From a virus (taxonomy: Duplodnaviria > Caudoviricetes), in IMG/VR virus record IMGVR_UViG_3300033076_001042, positions 1-25,234 of that record: a DNA stretch of 25,234 nt, one strand, 5' to 3'. The notes under the pieces were generated by a model. It was given only the letters and a program-made list of their open reading frames with translations. It searched no databases and was not told the origin of the DNA. The translations under genes and the position numbers were made by a program. Below are positions 1-5,199 of this stretch, piece after piece (positions within the stretch are counted from its first letter, which is position 1; every line of letters begins with the position of its first letter).

Positions 1-5
1 GGGCC

Positions 6-375
6 ACACGCTGGACGAGCGTGTTGCGAGGAGGATCTGGGGTCCGGCGTTGAGGGGCGTAGCCCCGAGCGACCGTCTTGAGAGAAGGTGCTCGATGAGG
101 CAGATGTAAGAGCCTCGGCATAGGACCCCCCTACCCCCCACGCTGTAGGGACGAGTACGGGACGCATCCCGCATCGAGTCGCAGCCCTCCGAGGAGGCAC
201 TACCCTGGTTGCTAGCCAGGCCGTCCGGGTCGTCCGGTCGGGAGCGTGGAGGAGTAGGAGCCATGCTCACGGCCGACCAGGGGGCGTTTCTCAGCCCGAA
301 CTCCGGCTCCGTGGGTCAGGACGCGGCTCGCAACCGCACGAAGCGTAGGCTTCGTCCCCGCTGGCCATGGGCCAG
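6..375. repeat. Non-coding array of short inverted repeats (hairpins)
   Basis: Stems at 6-24 (ACACGCT/AGCGTGT), 54-66 (GGGGC/GCCCC), 97-116, 129-150 (CCCTAC/GTAGGG), 204-220, 236-278 (GGTCGG/CCGACC enclosing GAGCGTGG/CCATGCTC), 338-355 (ACGAAGC/GCTTCGT) and 361-375. Confidence 0.7.
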
Positions 376-378
376 CCG

Positions 379-387
379 TGGTAGACT
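379..387 (+). promoter_or_regulatory. Extended -10 promoter (TGnTAGACT), probably driving a leaderless mRNA
   Basis: TG-G-TAGACT at 379-387 is followed 7 nt later by ATG 395, with no Shine-Dalgarno sequence. Confidence 0.45.
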
Positions 388-394
388 TCACGAC

Positions 395-616
395 ATGAGC
401 GAACGGGTGGCAAGGGAAAAGTGGATTTCTCCGCCAGGGTACGTGCGGAAGCCGGCGAAGCCGTGCCGTGATTGCGGGCGGCTGGTGCGTTGGAGGAAGC
501 TCGGGGACGAGTGGTGGAGCTTCGACCTGTCCGGATTCGAGCACTGGAGGCACTGTGAGCCTCAGCGGTGGGAGCCGATGGGGCCGATCAGGACCTGGCA
601 AGGCGGCAAGCGGTAG
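395..616 (+). CDS. Small phage Zn-finger-like protein (73 aa)
   Basis: PCRDCG...VRW...HWRHC gives a CxxC...HxxHC pattern seen in small phage proteins. Start moved to ATG 395 because the upstream extension of ORF 209..616 runs through the hairpin array. Confidence 0.65.
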   Translation: MSERVAREKWISPPGYVRKPAKPCRDCGRLVRWRKLGDEWWSFDLSGFEHWRHCEPQRWEPMGPIRTWQGGKR

Positions 617-620
617 GCAG

Positions 621-661
621 AAAAAAAGCCCCGCCCGGGCGAGTGCGAACCCGAGCGAGGC
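621..661 (-). terminator. Rho-independent terminator (minus strand)
   Basis: The minus strand reads GCCTCGCTCGGG-loop-CCCGGGCGGGGC-TTTTTTT, a 12-bp stem with G-U pairs and a U7 tail, downstream of CDS 796..1215. Confidence 0.8.
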
Positions 662-682
662 CAGCGGTCAGAGAGAGAGGAA

Positions 683-783
683 AGGTCGGGGAGTCGTCTG
701 TCTCGGAACAGGATCAGGCGCAGAAGACCGCAGCAACCGAGGGAACCGACAGGTTTGGGTGTTGGTGTCCAACTCCCCGACCT
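683..783 (-). ncRNA. Candidate structured RNA in the 3' region of CDS 796..1215
   Basis: A perfect 12-bp inverted repeat (AGGTCGGGGAGT 683-694 / ACTCCCCGACCT 772-783) encloses nested stems CTGT/ACAG, CTCGG/CCGAG and GCGG-TCTT-CTGC. Confidence 0.35.
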
Positions 784-795
784 CGAAGGCAGAGC

Positions 796-1215
796 CTAGA
801 GCTCGCGTCCGCCTTCGTCAACGGGTTCCTTCGCCTCGAAGTCAGGATCGGAGGTTTCTTCTTCTTCCGAGTCCTGGCCCCACGGCGAGCGCGTCACGTA
901 CGTCGAGGCGATGTCGACGCCAACGGCCTTGCGGATGGCGGTGTTGAGTGTCTCGATGGCGGAGTCGAGCGCGGCGAGCACCTTTTCTTCGGCTTCGACG
1001 AGATCGCGGTTGAAGGCGGTCTTCGCCTTGATGACGCCCTTGAGGGCGCGGATGGCGGCGGCGGTGGGGGACTTCTTGTCGATGGCCTCGCGGAGCTTCT
1101 TCGCGGCGATCAGGTTCTCGAGCCGGCGGAGGTTCTTTGCCTCCTCGGAGAGCTTGAGCTTCGAGCGTTCGAGGCGTTCTTCGGGAGTAAGGTTGCGGCG
1201 CGTGCGGGTGGTCAT
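796..1215 (-). CDS. Hypothetical coiled-coil protein (139 aa), basic N-terminus and acidic C-terminus
   Basis: MTTRTRRNLTPEERLERSKLKLSEEAKNLRRLENL... has helical heptads, ends in SEEEETSDPDFE and shows typical GC3 codon bias. It has its own candidate promoter and terminator. Confidence 0.8.
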   Translation of the reverse strand: MTTRTRRNLTPEERLERSKLKLSEEAKNLRRLENLIAAKKLREAIDKKSPTAAAIRALKGVIKAKTAFNRDLVEAEEKVLAALDSAIETLNTAIRKAVGVDIASTYVTRSPWGQDSEEEETSDPDFEAKEPVDEGGREL

Positions 1216-1240
1216 GGATGTGGCGGTTGAGATGCTTGGG

Positions 1241-1294
1241 TTGCAGGATGCAGGGGGTCGCGCTAGCGTACGGTCGTCCGCATGGTGACGGCAA
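1241..1294. promoter_or_regulatory. Overlapping divergent sigma70-like promoters
   Basis: Plus strand: TTGCAG(1241-46)-N17-TAGCGT(1264-69). Minus strand: TTGCCG(1294-89)-N18-TACGCT(1270-65). Both lie between divergent genes. Confidence 0.55.
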
Positions 1295-1311
1295 CTCAAG
1301 GAGAACAGCAC

Positions 1312-1503
1312 ATGGAACACGCGAAGCCGAATCTGGGCAAGGTGAACACGAGCGTCGGGCACGTGCCGCAGAAGTCGCACGGGCTCGGCGGTGGGCGCGC
1401 GAAAGGCGTCTCCGTGTCGAAGGAGAAGACCGCATCCGAGCACGTCGGCGGGTGCGGCAAGGTCGCCTGGGGTCCGATCAACCCGAAGCCGGGGAAGGGC
1501 TGA
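1312..1503 (+). CDS. Small basic G/K/P-rich protein (63 aa)
   Basis: AAGGAG RBS 8 nt before ATG 1312. Sequence MEHAKPNLGKVNTSVG...INPKPGKG. Confidence 0.75.
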   Translation: MEHAKPNLGKVNTSVGHVPQKSHGLGGGRAKGVSVSKEKTASEHVGGCGKVAWGPINPKPGKG

Positions 1504-1504
1504 G

Positions 1505-1705
1505 ATGAAGAACCCGAAACCCAAGGGTCAGGCGAAGGGCGAACCGCCGAAGGCCATCATGGGCACAGGTCCCTCGAAGGGGCTCGGTGGCCCGCTCAAG
1601 AAGATGGGGCAAGCCGATGGTCCGCCGCTGCCGGAAGTGCATCGCGGGGAGACGAACCTCGCGCTGTTCAACCCGAAGAAGGCGGCCAAGCCCTCGAACG
1701 GCTGA
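1505..1705 (+). CDS. Small basic G/K/P-rich protein (66 aa)
   Basis: ATG lies 1 nt after the previous stop. Sequence MKNPKPKGQAKGEPPK...FNPKKAAKPSNG. The stop overlaps the next ATG (TGATG). Confidence 0.7.
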   Translation: MKNPKPKGQAKGEPPKAIMGTGPSKGLGGPLKKMGQADGPPLPEVHRGETNLALFNPKKAAKPSNG

Positions 1706-1944
1706 TGGCCCTCGAGCGCGACGACGTTCTCGCCGGATGGCTGGTCTTTCTCCACGTGCAGGGAGATGACTGCCATGTGTGTATGCCGAGCTCGGTTCGC
1801 TCTGCGCTGGCCGAGCGCAAGTGGATCGAGCTTCAAGGCTCGTCGCAAGACGGGGTGTACGACTACGCCCTGACGGAGCGTGGCCTGATGGTCGCCGAGC
1901 TGAACGCTGGCGACTGGGGCGTTGACGCGATTCCGGTGATCTGA
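1705..1944 (+). CDS. Hypothetical protein (79 aa), possible winged-helix fold
   Basis: TGATG coupling at both ends. LAERKWIE...YALTERG resembles the wing of wHTH domains. Confidence 0.7.
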   Translation: MALERDDVLAGWLVFLHVQGDDCHVCMPSSVRSALAERKWIELQGSSQDGVYDYALTERGLMVAELNAGDWGVDAIPVI

Positions 1945-2048
1945 TGACTACCTTCTGGATCTTGATGCTGGTCCTCGGCATCGTGAGCATGGGCTTGCTC
2001 GTGGGGGCGTTCCTGCGGCAGCGCGACGGCGACGACTACCACTACTAG
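1944..2048 (+). CDS. Small membrane peptide (34 aa)
   Basis: MTTFWILMLVLGIVSMGLLVGAFLRQRDGDDYHY has one TM helix and a charged tail, with TGATG coupling. It is below the size cut-off of the ORF track. Confidence 0.65.
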   Translation: MTTFWILMLVLGIVSMGLLVGAFLRQRDGDDYHY

Positions 2049-2057
2049 GAGACGGAC

Positions 2058-2219
2058 ATGAACTGGGATCTCATCTGGGCTTCGGCCATCGGGCAACTTG
2101 TGGCGCTGGGCATCGTCGCGGTGGCCTACGGGCTCGTGAAGATCGTCACGATCCTCAACCGGATCCGCGTGGCGCTGGCGTCGACGCACCTCGTCGTGAA
2201 GTGCGAGAAGAAGGCGTGA
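2058..2219 (+). CDS. Small membrane protein (53 aa)
   Basis: AGGAG RBS. MNWDLIWASAIGQLVALGIVAVAYGLVKIVTILNRIRVALASTHLVVKCEKKA has a TM helix and a basic C-terminus. Confidence 0.7.
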   Translation: MNWDLIWASAIGQLVALGIVAVAYGLVKIVTILNRIRVALASTHLVVKCEKKA

Positions 2220-2293
2220 TCGTCTTGGCGACGTTGAGCTGGTACCCCCGCGACTTCCGCCTGCCGCTCGAGCACGAGGACTTCGAGGAATGA
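2216..2293 (+). CDS. Putative micro-peptide (25 aa)
   Basis: MIVLATLSWYPRDFRLPLEHEDFEE fills the gap exactly, with GTGA and ATGA overlaps at its ends. Confidence 0.4.
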   Translation: MIVLATLSWYPRDFRLPLEHEDFEE

Positions 2294-2427
2294 CCAAGGA
2301 CGAGCAGGAGCGATTCGAGGAGCGCGCGGCCATCCTGGAGTACGATGCGGGGTACACGCGCGAGGAGGCCGAGAGGCTGGCGCGCGAGATGGTGAAGCAA
2401 CAACCGAAACCGAAGGAGTGCAGATGA
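2290..2427 (+). CDS. Small helical phage protein (45 aa)
   Basis: MTKDEQERFEERAAILEYDAGYTREEAERLAREM carries the FEERAAI-EYD-G-x-R-EAE motif that recurs in phage and prophage proteins. ATGA overlaps at both ends. Confidence 0.75.
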   Translation: MTKDEQERFEERAAILEYDAGYTREEAERLAREMVKQQPKPKECR

Positions 2428-3701
2428 TTGCCGCCCTATTTCTCGCCCTCGTGCCTCAAGACGTGCTCGTCATCGTGGGCGACGACCTCGGGTTGTCCGA
2501 GCGCCACCTGATGCCTGCGCTCGACGAGATCGCCACGCGCGGCGTCACGTTCACGCGCGCCTACTCGTTCCCGGTGTGCTCGCCCACGCGCTACGCCTCG
2601 CTCTCGGGGCGCTACCCACGCCGCGCCGGCATCGGCGACGTGGTGAACGCGCACAACTCGGCGACGGGTGCGAGTCCTGCGCCGGATCGCCTGACCGTCA
2701 TGCTGCCCGAGGCGCTCAAGCCCACGCACGAGACGGCTCTGTTCGGCAAGTGGCACCTGGGACGGGCCTCGATGGGCTCGAGGGTAGACCTCCTCGCGCT
2801 CACCGAGTCCGGCCCGTTCGTCTCCGGCTTCGACAACTGGCTCGCCGGCAACCCAAACAGCATCGCTCAAGGGCCGGGTGCAACCGGGTACTACGACTGG
2901 TACCGAGTCGACAACTCCCAGGTCACGCAGGGCGCGACCGCCTACGCGACGCACGCGCAACGCGACGCCTTCATCGGCTGGTGGAACTCGACGCCGGGAC
3001 AGAAGTTCGGATGGCTGGCGTTCAACTCGGCGCATCAACCGTTCGATCCGCCGCCCGGGCGCACGCCGACCGGCACCGTGCGCGGCGACTACGAGCAACT
3101 CGTGGTCGATCTCGACGACGCGCTGCAAGCCGTGCTCGCTGCCGTGGACCTCTCGACCACCTGGGTCGTCTACGTCGGCGACAACGGCACGCCCGACGAC
3201 GCGCGTCCCGTGGGCACGCCGAGCGGCTTCTGGAAAGGCACCTGCTACGAGGGCGGCGTGCGCGTCCCGCTCATCGTCAGCGGGCCAGGTGTGACGAGCG
3301 GCATCTGCTCCGACCGGCTGGTGTCCGTGCTCGACATCTCGCCGACGCTGCTCGAGGTGCTCGAGGTCCAGTCGCGCGGCTTCGACGACGGGCGCTCCTT
3401 CGCCGACGAGCTCGGCGCGTGGACCGGCCAGCCTGAGCGCGCGTTCGTGTTCACCGAGCGGTACGACACGCCTGCGGCGAACCCGAGCGTGGGCTACGAC
3501 GACCAGGCCGTGATCGAGGCGTGCTGGAAGCTGCGGCGCGTGGACGTGGACGGGCCGGGCGCGGCGCCCAGCGTGGACAGCGCCTACTACCTACCCAACG
3601 ACCCCTACGAGCAGAACCCCATCGACCCGGCCTTGCTTCCGCCGGGCCTGCACGCAAGGCTGTACGGAGAACTGGCCTCCGTCCCTACCCGATTACCATG
3701 A
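2424..3701 (+). CDS. Formylglycine-dependent (S1 family) sulfatase with N-terminal signal-like peptide (425 aa)
   Basis: Motifs VLVIVGDDLG, CSPTRYASLSGRY (CxPxR, Cys codon at 2577), GKWHLG, AHQP, GDNG, KGTCYEGGVRVPLIV, DISPTLL, DGRSF and NDPYEQN. AAGGAG RBS and ATGA overlap at 2424. Confidence 0.93.
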   Translation: MIAALFLALVPQDVLVIVGDDLGLSERHLMPALDEIATRGVTFTRAYSFPVCSPTRYASLSGRYPRRAGIGDVVNAHNSATGASPAPDRLTVMLPEALKPTHETALFGKWHLGRASMGSRVDLLALTESGPFVSGFDNWLAGNPNSIAQGPGATGYYDWYRVDNSQVTQGATAYATHAQRDAFIGWWNSTPGQKFGWLAFNSAHQPFDPPPGRTPTGTVRGDYEQLVVDLDDALQAVLAAVDLSTTWVVYVGDNGTPDDARPVGTPSGFWKGTCYEGGVRVPLIVSGPGVTSGICSDRLVSVLDISPTLLEVLEVQSRGFDDGRSFADELGAWTGQPERAFVFTERYDTPAANPSVGYDDQAVIEACWKLRRVDVDGPGAAPSVDSAYYLPNDPYEQNPIDPALLPPGLHARLYGELASVPTRLP

Positions 3702-4036
3702 AGAAGATCGCCTTCACCGCGTCCTACGTCGCTGCCTGCATCGCCCTGTGCGTGTGCGTGCTCTCGGCTTGCATCGCCAACCCGCGCAAGGCCGAGGCTC
3801 ACCGCGAACTCGTGGAGGAAGTCACGAAGCAACTCCTCGATGCCGGGGTCGTGCCCACGGCCGAACAGCTCGAGCGGCTGGACAAGCGCATCGCTTCCGT
3901 CGAGAGCGAGCCCGACAACGTGCTTCCCCAGTGGGCCGAGCTGCCGGCCGCCGTGCTGGCGTCGATGGTCGGCGTGAAGACGCTGCCGTCGCGCTGGTTC
4001 CAAGGTCCGTTCGACCGAACGACCCCTACTGCTTGA
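3698..4036 (+). CDS. Lipoprotein (112 aa), possibly spanin-like
   Basis: MKK + hydrophobic core + lipobox LSAC (Cys25), a helical middle and a hydrophobic segment near the C-terminus. ATGA overlap with the sulfatase stop. Confidence 0.7.
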   Translation: MKKIAFTASYVAACIALCVCVLSACIANPRKAEAHRELVEEVTKQLLDAGVVPTAEQLERLDKRIASVESEPDNVLPQWAELPAAVLASMVGVKTLPSRWFQGPFDRTTPTA

Positions 4037-4403
4037 TCTGGCGCGGCCTCGCGCCTCCGAGCTGATCGGGGCCGCCCTTGGTGAAGATCGACAACGGTTG
4101 CACCTCGGGCGGCTTCAATCGCTTCTCCTCCCATCGCACGACCTTGCCGTCCGAGCGCGTGACGGCGCACTTCGTCAACGGGCCAAGCACCGCGTCGCGG
4201 ATCTCGCCGGGTGTCGGCGGCTGGTTCCCCGAATGGTTGCGCACGACGTAGGAGACGCCGAGCTCGAGCTGCTCGATGGTCAGGTCGGACAGCGCGTCGT
4301 CCCACACGCTGATCCGCAACGTGGTCGGCTCGAACCACGTCCAGATGGTCGACATCGTGGCGAACGCCTGGCCCCAGAAGAACTTGCGCTTCTCGTCGAT
4401 CAC
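4026..4403 (-). CDS. Putative replicative helicase loader/inhibitor-like protein (125 aa)
   Basis: VWDDALSDLTIEQLELGV...PPTPGEIR matches the W..L.DL..E......PT.aEIR pattern of phage loader-type proteins (SPP1 G39P-like) found downstream of replication initiators. Confidence 0.6.
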   Translation of the reverse strand: MIDEKRKFFWGQAFATMSTIWTWFEPTTLRISVWDDALSDLTIEQLELGVSYVVRNHSGNQPPTPGEIRDAVLGPLTKCAVTRSDGKVVRWEEKRLKPPEVQPLSIFTKGGPDQLGGARPRQIKQ

Positions 4404-4651
4404 TTCGTCCCCTCGTCGTGGATGGTGTGGAGCTCGGCGGAGAGCTGGTCGAGGATTGCCAGGGCTTCCGTCAAGTCCTCGGACATGGGCGCCGTGCGGC
4501 GCGCTTCCCAGTCCTGCTTGATGAAGCCCTCGACGCGGGCGAGCGTGATGGCAAGTTCTTCGAGGATCGCGTAGGTGCGCGACGCTTTGCCGAGGTTCTC
4601 CGCCGCCATCGCTATCGCGGCGTTCATGGCGTTGATTCGATGCTTGCTCAC
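4400..4651 (-). CDS. Hypothetical helical protein (83 aa)
   Basis: GGAGG RBS before GTG 4651, with GTGA overlaps on both sides. Sequence MSKHRINAMNAAIAMAAENLGK... Confidence 0.7.
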   Translation of the reverse strand: MSKHRINAMNAAIAMAAENLGKASRTYAILEELAITLARVEGFIKQDWEARRTAPMSEDLTEALAILDQLSAELHTIHDEGTK

Positions 4652-5013
4652 AGAGCCTCCATCGCGGCGCGCAGGCTGGCGAGGTTGCGCTCGTCCCGCG
4701 TCATCGGACGAACGTCGACCTTGAGGTTGTTCCAGCGCGTGTAGACCAAGCGAGGGGACGCTTCCTGCGCGTGCCACGCCGAGGGCGGGTTCGTCAGCAG
4801 GCGCTTCACGGCCTCTGCCCACGCCTCCAGCGATCCAGCGGTCTGCAAGCCGAGCTTGATGAACTTGTGGTCGATGGGGGTCAGGTCCCATCTCACGCCC
4901 CGCGTCTCGTACCACAGCCGGCACCAGACGCGCATCGCGTCAACGTGCGGGCCGGACGGAGCAGGACGGGGCTTCTTCCTGTTGGACGCATCGCCAAACA
5001 AGGATCCTTGCAT
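4648..5013 (-). CDS. Hypothetical protein (121 aa), resembles the C-terminal domain of phage replication initiators
   Basis: AGGAGG RBS. Trp-rich helical protein ending SPRLVYTRWNNL, located upstream of the loader-like gene. Confidence 0.6.
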   Translation of the reverse strand: MQGSLFGDASNRKKPRPAPSGPHVDAMRVWCRLWYETRGVRWDLTPIDHKFIKLGLQTAGSLEAWAEAVKRLLTNPPSAWHAQEASPRLVYTRWNNLKVDVRPMTRDERNLASLRAAMEAL

Positions 5014-5046
5014 CAGGGCCTCCTAGGGGTTGCGCGAGGAAAGCCC

Positions 5047-5075
5047 TTGGAAAAAGCTCCGCAGGGAGGTACCTT
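5047..5075 (+). promoter_or_regulatory. Sigma70-like promoter
   Basis: TTGGAA(5047-52)-N17-TACCTT(5070-75). Confidence 0.45.
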
Positions 5076-5080
5076 TCCTT

Positions 5081-5174
5081 CGCGTATCGCATGACGCGGC
5101 CATCTGAACCTTCACGGGTTCGACGGTCAAGGCCCGGATCGCTCGAGCAGGGGAGATCCGGGCCTTTCTTCTTT
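5081..5174 (+). ncRNA. Candidate ~90-nt small RNA or attenuated leader
   Basis: Bounded by the promoter at 5047-5075 and the terminator at 5129-5174. Contains hairpins CGCGT..ACGCG (5081-5098) and GAACC..GGTTC (5106-5121). Confidence 0.4.
5129..5174 (+). terminator. Rho-independent terminator
   Basis: AAGGCCCGGATC-N14-GATCCGGGCCTT stem running into TTTCTTCTTT. Confidence 0.7.
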
Positions 5175-5199
5175 CGACCCAAGGGCTTACGCTGCGCCC

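Noticed and set aside
209-394. N-terminal extension of ORF 209..616, including AGGAG-CC-ATG at 263
   Set aside because: The translation is low-complexity, and ATG 263 lies inside a stem in the hairpin array. ATG 395 fits the extended -10 better.
705-742. TCAGG...AGCA resembling SRP RNA helix 8
   Set aside because: The spacing is 13 nt instead of 10, there is no paired stem around a GNRA loop, and G-U pairs favour the other strand.
5112-5130. GGTTCGA resembling a tRNA T-loop
   Set aside because: No complementary T-stem, acceptor stem or anticodon arm is present.
5041-5188. Invertible promoter segment bounded by 10-bp inverted repeats
   Set aside because: The repeats are short and there is no recombinase in the window. 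RNA structure or operator sites explain them more simply.
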